This document shows positions 12,942 to 26,061 of a stretch of 64,000 nucleotides of DNA, in pieces. Below the pieces are notes generated by a model. It searched no databases. It had not been told where the DNA came from and saw only the letters and a program-made list of their open reading frames with translations. Position numbers and translations under genes: made by a program. Every line of letters begins with the position of its first letter. Within the stretch, counting starts at the first letter, position 1. Source of the stretch: Phaeosaccion multiseriatum (lineage: Eukaryota > Protista > Ochrophyta, other classes); assembly GCA_965112735.1 (NCBI GenBank), contig OZ218950.1, positions 3,224,001-3,288,000 of the forward strand. The letters run 5' to 3'.

Positions 12942-13419
12942 TGATATCCATATTTTTGATTTTTGTACCATGCACAACGCACAAGGGGCAGGGGTCACTT
13001 GCTATCGCTTTCGACTAGCTGCGGTATTCAAACTGTGCCACCCTGGTCCTACAGGGCATCTCAATTATTATTACATTCTTGTCACGCACTCTGGGGGTGG
13101 ACAAAAATGAGTGCGTGTACCACTGTAAGGCTTATTCCACCGACAAGTAAAAACAAATACAAACCACCACACCCTCCTCTTCCTCACCCTGTCCTCGTCA
13201 CAGCTTTGCATGCGAGTATGTGATGGGCGGGGAAGGAGGAACAGGCCTGGTCCAGAGCCCCTAGTACAACAGCCTTCTCTTGGCAAAGCCTTTCTGCGCC
13301 AGCCATCCCATCACATCATTGTGCAGTACAGACGCGGACTCTCCTCCGCGGGGGGCACCAAAGGACCTTCCTCCTCATCCTCCTTGCTGCTCCTGCTGCA
13401 GCAGCAGCTCCTGCTGCTG

Positions 13420-13661
13420 CTACTTCTGCTTCTGGGCCTGTTGGGCCTGTCGCTTGCGAAGGCGTCGCTCTTTCCACCGCCCCCAAGCACCCCGGACAGA
13501 CCTTGACGGCGTACGGAGAGTGGGCTGGTCTTCTTCCTGCTGCTGCATCTGCTGCTCGACGCGCTGCCTATCCGATTGCTTGTCCTTCTCCTCCTGCCTC
13601 ACTTGCGCCTTCTCCTGCAGCTGCTGTTGCTCCATCCGAGACACTTCCATCTCCTTATCTG

Positions 13662-13705
<44 letters not shown>

Positions 13706-15314
13706 TGCTTCATCTTCTTCTGCCTCTCCTCCTCTTGCTTCTTCTTCTCCTCGTCCAGCTGGACGCGCTCCAGTTCGAGCTGCAGCGCCCAGGTCCTCTC
13801 CTTCTCCTTCTCATCGTCCTCCTGCAGCATCCGCTCGACCGCCTCCTCCCTTCCACTCTTTTTTGCTCTCTCCGTTGCCAGGATTGGCTCCTGCGGCTGT
13901 CGCGGAACCTCGCCATGAGTGGCCACCCTGGGCTTCGCAGAGTCCACGCCCTTCCACGCTGCCGCGAATAGAGCAGCCACCATCACCACGACAAGGACGA
14001 CGGTCAGTCTCCGGAGCAGAGTGCGGTCCTTCCTCGGAGACAGCACCTCAGCCGCCCGATTGTCGACCCTCGTCTCCACCGCCTCCATCTCCACCTTCTC
14101 CTCCCTCCCCCCGCCCTCCTCATCCTCCTCCTCCTCCTCCTCCTCCTCCTCCTCCTCCTCCTCCTCCTTCTCCTCCTCCTCTTCATCCTCTTCCTCCTCA
14201 TCCTGCCAATGCCCCGGCTGCCCGCCCATCTCCGTTCCGCACGGAGACATCTCGCAGGTGTTTCTCCGGGATCTTGTCGGGCTGCTGTCCTTGTCTCCGC
14301 TGCTCACACCCAGAAAGTTCTCCTCCTCCTGCGCCGCCGCGATAGATTCGGTCTCTGCCTGGCCCATCTTCTGTCTCTCCCCACGTTCCACGGCCCGCAT
14401 GAGAAACGCGATGGTCTCCAGCTCAGAGCAAACGTCCATCGGGCGCAGGAAGGGCTTCGTCGGGCCGCCTCTTATGGAAGGGTCCGCGCCTTTCTTAAGT
14501 AGCAGCTCCAGCACCCGCAGCTGCTCATCCTGTTGAACAGAGCAGCACAGGCGTAGAGGAAGAACCAGATCAGTTAACGGTTATCTTTAGCTGCCATCGG
14601 CTAGGGCCTACCTGGCTTGGGCTCAAATGCTACCTACGACGGACCGCTGCAACACAACAGGTCAAGGACCGAACCCAACGCACCTTGTCGTCCCCCATGG
14701 CACCGCAGTGCAGGGCCCCCCAGCCGTGCCAATTCTTCACATCGATCAGCTTGGCACCCACTCGCTCACCCTCTTCCAACAGCCTTTCCACAATGTCCGC
14801 ATGGCCCTGTTGCGCAGCGAGGAGGAGTGCCGTGTTTCCTCGGCAATCCCTCTGCTCGAGCATGCCCTTGACCAACTCGTCGGCCCTGGCCTCAGCAATA
14901 TCCTCAGCGATCATCCTCCGTATGTCGAGCAAGCAGCAGGCAAACATTGTAATGTCTTCCTCCGGGCGAGCAACACTACCCCCAAAGACAAGAGAGGAGC
15001 AAAGAATGTGAGAGTGAGTGAGAGAGAGGGACAGAGGGGGAGAGAGCGAGAGAGATGGAGAGGGAGAAAAGAAAACAAGGAGAGAGAGAGAGAGAGAGAG
15101 AGAGGTCGATAGGTGCATAAGTCTCAGTAGAAAGACGAGAGATACGGTTACAGTACCTGGTGGGCGAAGCGCACACGACCATCAGAGCAGAGCGCTCTTG
15201 ATAGTTTTTTCCAATGAAAATGCCTTCCACACTATCCGGATAGTCGTGGATGATACCTTTTAGCTGATCAAAGCTCGCACGACTGGCGGCTTTGATGGTG
15301 GCGGTCCCAACCAT
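13420..15314 (-). CDS. Ankyrin-repeat protein with acidic stretch, one TM helix and Gln/Glu-rich coiled-coil tail
   Basis: Ankyrin consensus RGNTALLLAAQQGHADIVERLL, HGWGALHCGA, VLELLLKKGADPSI; TM LTVVLVVVMVAALFAAAW; three or more exons with GT-AG boundaries. Confidence 0.8.
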
Positions 15315-15765
15315 CTTCAGCTCACTTTCCTTTTTCCCATTCGAGACTCTATCACAGGACAGACGAGCAAAACAAAAGAGATAGGGCACTTTAGCGAAAG
15401 TAAAGTACTGTATTGAGAGAGGGGTGAAATAGTCACATACCTGGTTAAGGAAGTGTCGCCGCGCGGGGAAGCCGGTGTGCGCAGGGGGGTGCAGCTGCGT
15501 GGGGTGATCCGGCTGCGTGGTGTGGTCCTCTTGGCGCGAGGAAGAGGCGAAGGAGTAGTAGGAGTAGTCATTGCTGTGGTTGCAGCTCTTAATGGCTGGA
15601 GAGGGGGATGAGAAAAGGCCCAACGGGAAAATCGTAAGTCAACAAATTGCCCCCCCTTCTTCGTTACTTTTAGACGATCATTTCTTCCCTCCCCCTTCAC
15701 CGCAGCGAACCCATGGCGCTGTCCTCTTAAAGGGTGTTCTACAATCAGTTCTGCGTCTGTCAAAG

Positions 15766-17410
15766 ATGTCGTCCTCCAACTGCTACCTGCAGCGGGAGCA
15801 GGGCCACCATAAGAACAAGCAGAAACAACAGCAACGACGACGAGCGAAGCGGGAACGTGAGAAGCCCCCTCCTGTGAACATCACGGTCCATTTCCCTGTC
15901 AAGAGGAAGCTGTCGCCCTTGATTCACGGCCAGATGGTCTGCTCGTGGATCAAGCACACTCTGTTTGTGCGCGATCAGCTTCCCCTGGACTTCGACCAAC
16001 TTCGCGACGCCCTCCGGAGTCTGGAGCAGGAGAGGACCTTCCTCAGAGGGGAGAGGGGCTTTGGAAAGAAGGTCAAGCCCTTGAGGTCCGTGGAGAAGAA
16101 GATCTTCCGCCAAATGGCTGTGTTGGAGGCTCTACTCAGCGACGTGGCGGGAGTGTTCGAGGTGCGTCGTTGTGTGACTAGGCACTTCCTCCCGGCACTC
16201 CGGACGTATCTGATACACGTTGCGCTTGTCCTCGGTGCGCTGTGCAGCAGGTGGCGGAGAAAGTGACGCAAGTGACGTTGGTTTTGGGCAGCAGCCCCCA
16301 CAATCCAAAGGAGTTGTATACAATGCACTTCCCCTCCAGTAGCGATGGCCCAGAGGCCTCCGCAGAGTCACCATCGCCTTGCATTCCCTTACCAAAGGCC
16401 CCATCGAGTGCACTCGGGCTGAGCACTCCCGGACATCAGTCGCCCCACCTTCGAATGTAAGTGTGTGGTCATTGAACCCTGAGTACTGGGTTGGAGTGAA
16501 GAGTCAGGCCATGTCAGTATTCGCTCTTGGGGCTCACGCTTCATCTTGCCCTCTCTTTGGAAAAAGTAGGGTAACAAGTAGCAGCGGCGGCAGTAGCAGC
16601 GGTGACAGCTCTGGAGGCAGCCCAGCGCTGGATAGCAAGGCTGGCGAGTACTCCCGGAAGTTTCTGCGAACGTGGATGAGCCAGACGAACGGAGCTGGGC
16701 TCAGACCCGTCCCGGCCTGCAAGCTCAGTGTAAGGTCTTGAAGGGGGGGAGGGGGTGGAAGGGGGTAAGCTCTTTTTTTTAGTATAGTAAGAGTACAAGT
16801 GTACCCCCCAGGGAAACAAACGCCCTCAACTGTTGTGTTGTCTCTATTGGGCACAGGTCTTCATCCGGGCAAGACTGGGCGACAACACGTCCAACGGCCT
16901 CACCACTCTCCCTCAAGGCCTCGTGTAAGTCATCGACACATTTGTACAATATGCAGCTGTGAGACCACACCCAACTGCTGATGCTGCTGCTTAATCTCCT
17001 ACTCTGCCTGCTGCATCTCCGTCTTGTTTGGCAGACCCAAGCCGTCCTTCCGCGTGAGAGTCTCTCGTCGCTGCCGGCCTCCGCCACGGCTCAAGGCGGT
17101 GATATGCGGGCCTGGGACAGCCTTCGCGAGCAGTGCAGAGGGGGCAGCCCCAATGACCCGTCCATCTACCGCACTGAGTGGTGAGACGCACGGCCATGAT
17201 GAGAATGGGAGTGACATCGAGTGCGACAGCGACAGCGACTCGAACAGCGACCTTGAGAGCGACAAGCACGAGTATGAGGAAGAGGACGAGGGGGGGGAGG
17301 AGTGCGCCGGGGGGGGGGGGTGGTTTGCGGTGTCAGGCGAGAGAGGCAACGCGTCGTTCAAGGGCCTGGGCAGGGATGCAGCGCGCGTCGTGGCTGCCAT
17401 GTGCGCATAG
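15766..17410 (+). CDS. p31comet / MAD2L1-binding protein-like HORMA protein
   Basis: Resembles p31comet hallmarks: WIKHTLFVRDQLPLDFDQL, VTLVLGSSPHNPKELYTMHFP, RKFLRTW, and C-terminal GWFAV...FKGL; 3-4 exons. Confidence 0.65.
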
Positions 17411-17978
17411 GTAGGTAGGTACGGAAGAACGGCCTGGGGGCACAAAGAATAATGAATCGAACTCGCATTGGACGGGTGAAACGCAGCTACGTATGTATAC
17501 CTACGTACACGCCAAGCCACCCGATGCACAGCCAGCCACGCTAATGGGCCAGAGGAGGAGGAGGGGGAGGGGGGTGTTGTGCTCACGCTCGCAGTGTCTT
17601 TTGGAAACGGTGAGGGTGTTGGGGGGCGGGGGGGGAGAGTGCAGACCATGAGGTTGGAGGAGCAGTGAGTCGGCCAGGTCAGTGGACAAGGCCTTCCTTC
17701 ACTGATACCGCCACGACGGGTTGCCGCCTCTCTTCGCTCACAGAGGCTTCTCCCGCCGTACACGGGTTGATGATACCCTCCCCATGTACAGATCGCGCAC
17801 AAATGTAGATAAAAAATGAAATAAAAATTGAAGAAGGCTAACTTGCGGAAATGGTGTTCTCTATCTATCTATGTACCTCTCCCTCTCTCTCTCTATGAAC
17901 ATGAATGGTCAGCTTCGATCAACCACACACCTCAAGCAAACCACTCAAATTGAGCTGAGCCAAGACAAAGATGATGGA

Positions 17979-20911
17979 TTAAATGCTGTGCGATTTGATG
18001 CCCACAAGCTTCTCACTCAGCGCCCAAAGCCGCTGCGCCTGGTCAGTGTCCTGCGCCTCCTTGCTCGGGGTGCGAGGAGCGAAGCCGCTCTTGGGTTTTC
18101 CTGCAGGGCCGGGAGAGGAGAGGGGGCCATCCGTCGAAAGGGGGCGGGGAAGCAAGGGGTCACGAATCAATCATCTGGATCACACTTTGGCACAGACTCA
18201 AAATGGAATTGGATTGAATTGGCACGGCATGACGGTGCGTGTGTTCCGGTGTGTGTGTGCGTGTGTGCATGCTTACCCGGTTCTGTGGCGTAGAAGAGGC
18301 CGCTGACGGCGCCGCTCGCCTTGTCCTCCACCATGTACTTGAGAGTGTCTCCGCCCTCGCCCATCGTTGCGGCCACCTATCGTGCGAGACGGGACAGGCG
18401 AAAGGGCGGCGACAAGATGCCAGACTAGGGTCATCCAAAGGCGAGCTCCTGTACCAGGTCAGTAGGTCAGGCCCTATGACTTCTCCCCCGCCGCCATGGA
18501 CACACACACGACCTTCATTTCCCCATCATGATACGATGCTTACCTTGAGGATGTTCGAGGCGGCGAAGCTGAACACGGAGACGAAGAACTTGTTCTGGCT
18601 TCGGAATAAGCCCGACGAGGGAATCAAACCTGTGTGTGCATGAGAGAGAGAGAGAGAGAGAGGCGATGGACGGCAATAGGCACACACATACACACACATA
18701 CACACACATACACGGGGTCAAACGAACGATACTCCGCAGCAGTAGCAGCGACACAGAGGCACCACGCTCGAGGCTTGGACGGGACTTTGACGGGCCTCTG
18801 CGCTGCGGTGCACGGGCAGGCCATCGCTATTCACAGGATGGGGGGCGGAGAGACCCAATACACGAAAGAGGGGGCTGTCATGCCACACTTGGTTTGGGGT
18901 GGGGGGCACGGAATACTTTTTCTGCCCATGCTGCTGTCATCATTATCATCATTGTCACCACAGCATGACCTCACCTGGGGAGAAGCAGTTGACCTGCACC
19001 TTCGACTTCTTGGCCTTGAGACGCCGCGCAGCCTCGAGAGTGAAGAGCACATTACACAGTTTGGAGTCCTTGTAGGCCTATACAAAAGGCATGGGGACAA
19101 GGAGGAAGGCCGCACGGGACACGGTACGGACGGGAGGGGATGGGTTGAGGAGGGAGAGATGAGAGACGTGGTGCTTTCCGCCAGACAAGCCGAGCAAGCA
19201 TGCGACAAAGGGAGCATATCGTCCCTTGAGTGCTGTCTTTGCCTTGCCTGGTTGCCTCGCTGCCTACCCCTGCCTACCCCTTCCTCTTATTCTTCCTCCC
19301 GGCCTCGCCTCACCCACCACCCACCTTGTCGCCGTCGTAAGTACCCCCATCCACCATGTCGAAGGTTCCCTTCTGTGCGTAGTCTTCGAAGCCCTTGAGC
19401 TCGCCCAATGTGGCCTTGCTGCCCACCTGTGATTGATGAGATTGTGGGGGAAAGAGCATAGAGAAGAAATGAGGAAGAAAAAAAGATGAAGAAGCTTAAC
19501 AGGACAGAGCTGGTATGCATGAGCAGGAGGCGAGCGTCTTGCCTGAAGCCTAAAGCCTCGCCGCTAAAGTCGCATTGTCGATTCTAATCGCCTCGCCTGT
19601 CCACCCTTCAAGACTCCAACATTCGCTGTGTACAATGTAGAAATGAGTGTGCCCGGGCGCCATTCACTCTTCATGCACTCACATCGCCTCCTGGTGTGTC
19701 TGGGTCGTGCACAGAACTGGCGGTAACAACGAGTCGAGGGTGCTCCAGAGAGCTAGCGGCCAGGGATCCGTAGAGGCCGTCCGAGAGCAGGAAGTGCCCG
19801 AGGTGGTTGGTGCCTACGGACACTTCGAATCCTTCCTTAGTTCGGCCAGCGTCGCCTATGTGGCAGCCATAAGGAAGGGGAGGGAGGGAAGCAGAGTTGA
19901 GATATGACCCTAGGGGGTGAAAGAGAGGGGATTGTTGCCTTCAGAAACAAAGAGAACAAAGGGCTCACTTCGCGCTGATATTGAAGGCCGCGGAATTAGC
20001 ACCGCTTCTTCTCTCGCTTCACACCTTTTGTCGCAGGGGCCATTCCAGCATTCATGCACAAGGCATCGATAGGCTTCCCGCCCCACGCTTTGACGAAGGA
20101 GCGTACACTGGAGAGAGTAAGGAGAGAGTGAGGAGCCAAGCAAAGAAGACGCGATTAGGCCGTGAGTGAATGCTATAGCCAGTGCCGCGGGGGATTGGGG
20201 GGGGGAAGGGCCACAAGGACAAATGCCGGTGCCCGGGGTCTCACCTATCCAGCGACGACAGATCGCATTCGAAGGCCCCCTGAGCCCCCGTTTCCAGAGC
20301 AGCTTCCTTCGCTTTGGCCTGTCCGAGCAAAATAATGGTGCCAGATTCAGAGAGAGAGAGAGAGAGAGAGAGAGCGGTTGAACAAGAGGCTTCAATCTCA
20401 GATCTGTGCACCGCAGTAGCAACACACCTTTCATCGCGTCTCCCCGCCCTCTCTCCCTCCCTCACACCCCGAGAGGCTCCATTTGCCCCACGGCCTTATT
20501 CACCTCAGTTCTGGCTGCCAAGTAGACATTATGCCCAGCAGCTACAAGCTTGGCAGCAGCATCCTTCCCCAGGCCTGAAGTGGCTCCTGTAATCACGATG
20601 GTCTTGGCCTCCTCTGCCCGCACTGGCGACGGGAGAGCCAACAAGGTGACAAGAGATGCTGCTCTAACAGCGTTCTCACTGAAGAAGTCTCGTCGGCTTT
20701 TACTGCTACTGCCGCCTCTACCATCTCCTCTCTGGCCCGGCGACAGGGACATTGACAGTCTCACCCTCGGAGATCCTCCTCGAGAATGTGACGACAGCTT
20801 CACCCCCTCCAATCCACCTGAAGCAGCGGGGCAATGGAGAAAAGCGACGACATGGCTCATGTGGCCGCAGCAAGCCGCAGCCGCAAGAAGCATTGCGTTC
20901 CCTGCCTTCAT
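17979..20911 (-). CDS. Plastid-targeted protochlorophyllide reductase (POR)-like short-chain dehydrogenase
   Basis: Signal + 'VVAF' leader; Rossmann motif TIVITGATSGLG; CDLSSLD; DALCMNAG; EGFEVSVGTNHLGHFLL; RLVVTASSVHDP; DMVDGGTYDGDK/AYKDSKLCN (YxxxK); PSKEAQD..AQRLWALSEKLVG. About 8 exons. Confidence 0.8.
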
Positions 20912-21010
20912 TTTCCTCTTTTCTCTCTCTCTCTCTCTCTCGCACCAACTTTTTACTATTAGGCGTTCCAAAATCTCCTTCTCCTTCTTAAGAGTGTGAA
21001 AGCTAAAGTA

Positions 21011-23690
21011 ATGGCGACGGCCCACACGCCCATCTGCAGCTTCTGGGAGCGGGGGAGGTGCTCGAAGGGACAGTCTTGCCGGTTCCAGCACGGGTATGGG
21101 GGAGTGCATGATGCCCCTGCTGCGGTAGGAGCAGCTACAGCAAGAAGTGCAGGATCACCTTCAGCTCAGGCTGCTGCGGGAGATGGGCGAGGAAGGGTGG
21201 GTTCGGGTGGGATGCGTCCTCCCGCTTCAATACTTGTTCCCTGCCGCTACTTCCGAGAAGGCGAGCCGAGAAGCTGTGAGAAGGGCGAGCTCTGCGCCTT
21301 TCTGCACCAGCACTCGGGGGGGGGGGGGGATGAGAGACGGCGACGGGGCGCCAGGTCGTCGGCAACAACAGCAGCACCGCCACCAGCACCAGCACCAGCA
21401 CCAGCAGTAGTAGCAGCAGCAGCTACAAGACCAGGAGGGGCAGTAGGACGCGCAGCCTCGGCCTCTCCTCTCTCACCCGACGACACACTGAGTCTGCTCT
21501 CTCATGCTAGTGACTTGGTCTCCCGCCTAAGCCGCGGGGACGACAGACAAGGGGGGGCAAGAGCAGCAGCGCCAGTAGCTACATCACCTCCTCCACGGGT
21601 AGTGTCGCCCTCAGTGAGGATGGTAGGCAGGAATGGAGGGAGGGTGGCGGGGGAGCGAGTCGAAGACGACGAGGAAGAAGAACAAGAACAAGAACGAGGG
21701 AGGAAGAGAGAGGAAGGGGAAGGGGAAGAAGAAGAGGAAGAAGAGGACGTGATCGCTTGGGTACTTCCTGGAGAGGGTCAAGGCTACTTTTACGCTGGGC
21801 AAAGGGCTACCTCTGCTGAGAGGCTCTTGGCGGAGGAGGCCGAAGCTGTTGAGGAGTCTTCTTACAGGGCAGCAGTCGCTCGAAGCATCGAGGACGAGAG
21901 GGAAAGGCGACGAAGGCACAGGAGGGAAAGAGGGGCCAGTAGCGGCGACTCCGATGATGATAATAGTAGCGACCGGGGAGAGACGGGCGGCAAAGCAGCT
22001 GCCGAGCCGGCTGAAGCTGTTGTTGTGGCGCGAAGACCGTGCCTCTTTTTTCAAAAGGGCAATTGCCGCTATGGAGCCTTTTGCCGGAACAGTCACGACG
22101 CCGTCCAACGTTGGGAGCTGGATGAAGGGGCCGACGACAGGTGCGGAGTAGTGGTCTAGCGCAGTCTCTCGGCACTGGAGGGGGGGGGGGAGGAATTATT
22201 GGGGTCAAGGGGGGGTTAGTAGCGCAGGACCAGCTCACAGTGCGTACGCTTGCCGACGTGATCTCTTCGCCCGCCCCCTTCCTTCCAAGCAGGACGGAGG
22301 AGGAGAAGCTCAGGCTGGACGAGGAGGAGAAGAAGGTGTCAGAGGAGTCCACGTGCGGAATTTGCTATGAGAAGGTGCGGCGGTGGAAAGGCGCCAGTGC
22401 CGCGGGGGGCATCTGAGCACTCGGCCTCGCTTGCATGTGCCCCACTCAGTACCCCATTTCCATACCATCACTGCATCTGGCTTCCGTGTTTGAGCCTCTA
22501 CTCACCTCTCCCTCTTTCTCGCTCTCCGCTAAACAACCCCTCCCTCACTCCCTCCCCTTGCCCCCCCCCCCCCCCCCCCTTTAGGTGGATGGCCTGTACG
22601 GGCTGCTCACGAGCTGTGTACATGTTTTCTGCCTGCAATGCATCCGGGAGTGGCGCAGCCAGGGCCTGGAGCAGCAGCATGTAAGAGCTTTCCCACAAGC
22701 CGTATACACGCACTGACACACTGCCTGTTGTCTCTGACTCTTGAGTCTTGCATGCTGCGGTGTGGTGGACGCTGGACGCTATTGTTGACTTGTTTCCTTA
22801 CCCCACCTTGTACGTGTGCTGTGCCTGTCGTGCCCGTCGCACACCCCATCCCGCTCGCCTGACTTGCCCTGTCGCTGGTGCCTGGGTACCGCCATTGGCG
22901 ATCTATATATAAACATACGTCTTTGCTTCCTGCTCTCGTTTGGCATCTAACGTAGCTACGGCCTATCCCCTCCTCGTCCTCCTCATCCTCTTCCCCCGGG
23001 CACCTGGGCGCCTTGTTCTTGCCCCTCTACCGTCCCCCCCCGCCGGCCGCCGCCCGCCCCACAGGCGAGCAGCGTGCGCCAGTGCCCCATCTGCCGCACC
23101 ACTTCGTACTTTATCGTGCCTTCGGGGAGGGTGGTCAAGGACGCGATCCGCAAGGAGAACCTCATCAACAAGTACAAGGTGAGATAGTGATCTTCTCCTC
23201 TCTCTCAAGCTCTGTGTCTTCTCTGTCTCTCTCTCTTCTCTCTCTCTTGGTCTCTATCTATCTCTGTGTCTCTGTTTCTGTTCTCTCGTTGTCTCTCTCC
23301 TACGCTCTCTCTCTTTCTCCCTCCCTGTCCTTTCCCACTCCCTTTAGGAAAAGCGAGAGACCCCTTCATTTGCGCATCAAATCAATGGAATGAACTCGCG
23401 GCACCCCCCACCCCCCCTACCCCCCTTGTCTCAAGCACGCATTCCTGTCCCCCCCCCACATCGATCCTCCATACATCAATGCACCCACTGCGCAGGAGTC
23501 TCTAAGCCACATCCCCTGCAAGCTCTTTGTCTACGGCGAGCGAGAGTGCCCCTTTGGCGCGTCCTGCTTCTACGCGCACCTCATGCCGGACGGCAAGACG
23601 AGGGTCCCCGCGCCGAAGCCTCGCATCATGGTGGGCGGAGACATGGAGCTGGAAGCCATACTGGACATACACCTAAACACCTTTCTCTGA
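21011..23690 (+). CDS. MKRN: Makorin RING-finger E3 ubiquitin ligase
   Basis: Three CCCH fingers (CSFWERGRCSKGQSCRFQH; CRYFREG..C..C..H; CLFFQKGNCRYGAFCRNSH); RING CGICYEK/..YGLLTSCVHVFCLQCIREWR/..CPICRTTSYFIVP; final CCCH IPCKLF..CPFGASCFYAH. Confidence 0.92.
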
Positions 23691-24694
23691 GCGTGCTCGT
23701 GTGTACTGCCGTGGTTGGAAGAGGGTACTGCCGGGGCGTGGGGGTGGGTGGGTGAGTGGGTGGGTGAGTCTCCCTCTCTCTCTTTGGTGGGTGTTTGTAT
23801 TTGTTTATCAGTCACTCGCGTGGCTTTAGGACGGAGGCCTCAGCCGCAGGTGTGTTGGGGGTTGGTTTTTGGTTTGTGTGTTTTGTCGTTTTTGGTATGT
23901 GTGTATTGTCGTTTAGAGGCGCCGCGGAGACGGATGGAGAAATAGAAACAGCGGAGACATGTAACAGTGCAGTCGCTCGTGTTGAGCAGTCTACTCCAGA
24001 ATAAACTGATTTCCTCTACTCTTCTACACTAGGGCCGTTGTTCGAAAAGTGGGAGCGCCCCCCTTTTTGCATGGGAGGCTTGAGAACGCAAAGGGTCTCC
24101 CCTCGCGCGTACACAATTCGCATTCGCACTTTGCTGATAATCTGCTCTGCAGTGATGCATGAGTGGTGTCTCAAGAGGAGATAGGATCAAGCATTCAAGC
24201 GGGCCGGTGCGGTCCTTCACCCAAAGTCTGCCACCCCTCGTCTCTCCCTCTCCTCAATCGCTCCTCTGTTCAAGAAACGGGAGTGCTCCTTCTTGCGGGC
24301 CTTGTCATGCCCTCCTCCGGCGTCCTGCCCTTTGCCCTTCTCCTCAGGCAGCAAGAGCTTTGGACTTGAGTCATCATTCGTCTGTCTCCATGGGCCGCGC
24401 TGGCCATCCAAAGGGGCAGTGATGGACAAGAAAATGAGGGGTCTCCACAGCTCTCTGAGAGGTATCTTCACAGTTCATTTGCGCCGCCCAGGGGAGAGAC
24501 CAACCGTGCGAGACGCACAGGCTACTCAACGACTCTGATAGAGATAGTTGGTGGTCTCCGGTCCCCGAGGAAGTCTGCCGCTTCTCTGTGATGCCGAAGC
24601 AGGCCAACCAACCAAAGGCGTTTGCGGCATGTCGCTTCTGTCAGAGCTGCGCTCTCAGGTTCATTGTCTACTCTCCAATCGATCGGGTCAAAAA

Positions 24695-25924
24695 TCACGT
24701 CTCACTCTCGTCCATAGGTTCAGACCGTTGCTGCATGGGAAGGGTGGTGGAAACGGACAGAAGCTTCGCGATGCCGTTGACCTGCGAACACACGGAAAGA
24801 GAAGAGCCATACATGGACACACACGTAAGGGTCCACCAAAAAACGCCTATTCTTTTTCCTCGCTCACTCACTCACCAGCTTGTGCGTAGCACTGTACTGT
24901 CGTTTGGGATTCGCCAGTACTTCGGCTAAGCGTTGCAGAGTAAAGGGAGCCGCGTCGTACTCACTCAGGCTGTGAATGAGCTCGGCCCTTTTTTTCGTCG
25001 AGACGGGAGAAAGTAAGAGCAAGAAAGAGGAGAGGCGCGGGGCAGGACGTTAGAGACCACTCTGAAGAAGCCCATGGCCATGCCTTTGCCATCCAACCTA
25101 TGAGAGCAAGATTGGCTCACCTCTGCCGTATGTATCCCTTCTCGCCCCCGACCCCTGTCCAGCCTTTCTCATCGTAGCAGGAGTTGACGGCCTCCACCAC
25201 TTTGGCCGCGAGGAGCTCCTTGACGCCCATCTTCCATCTGATGTGTACAGACAACGGAAAAGGGCATGGTGGTGGGTATCATTCGCTGAGCCTCCCCTGC
25301 CCTTGACAAACAAGTCTCACAAACCGCCGCGACACTCAGCAGACAGAAAGCGCCTGGGTCGCAAGGTGAGGGGAGCTGCTCTCACCTATACAAGGGCACG
25401 CCTGTGCGAGTCATCTCCAGAAGCACCTCGTCCAGCTCTGGCGGGACAGGAGGAGGCTTTAACACCGACAAGAAGGCCCCCGGCTGATCCTCCTCGTCCT
25501 CCTCCCCTTCTTCCTCGTCAGCATCGTTACCGCCGTCGTCATCGGTCCCCAGGTCCTTGTCCTTTCCTGCCTTCCCTCCTTCCTCCTCGTCTGGTGTCTC
25601 CTTGGCGGGACCCTCCCCCTCATCGTCCGACCCTGCTCCCTGCCCATCAGCCTTCCTTTTTCTTCTTCTTTTCGGCTGCGGTTGCAACTCTGCTGCTCCC
25701 TTCTCCTTCCGCTTTTCTGATTGCTGCTTCTCTTGCTGCGGCCTAGCCTTCCTTCCTTCCTTGCTGGACATCAGTCTGGGAGCTGATTGAGCCAGTCTGT
25801 ACGCCGTGGTGAACTCTACAGCGTAAGCTTCTAACGCCTTGGCCTTGTCATCAGCAGGGCCATCGGGTTCCTCTATTGCCGCCGTGCGGATCGCGTCCGC
25901 CGCCGCTGAAGCTAACTCGGCCAT
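24695..25924 (-). CDS. PPP4R2: Protein phosphatase 4 regulatory subunit 2-like
   Basis: LDEVLLEMTRTGVPLY/RW..VKELLAAKV and the signature APFTLQRLAEVLANPKRQY...K/VNGIAKLLSVSTT across 4 exons. Confidence 0.85.
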
Positions 25925-26061
25925 GATAGCGGAGACAGAAGAGAAAAGACGTTTGGTTGGTTCGGGGGCCGCCGGGGCGACTCCCAGTGACTTATGACGC
26001 AATTACAAGAGAGAGCAGGTTTGTTGGAAAGAGGAGCGATGGGTTAGCCCGAGAGGTGGAC

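Noticed and set aside
13420-13422. Possible TAG-to-Gln genetic code reassignment
   Set aside because: TAG terminates several other genes here (9722, 42298, 53793) and no in-frame TAGs interrupt conserved domains.
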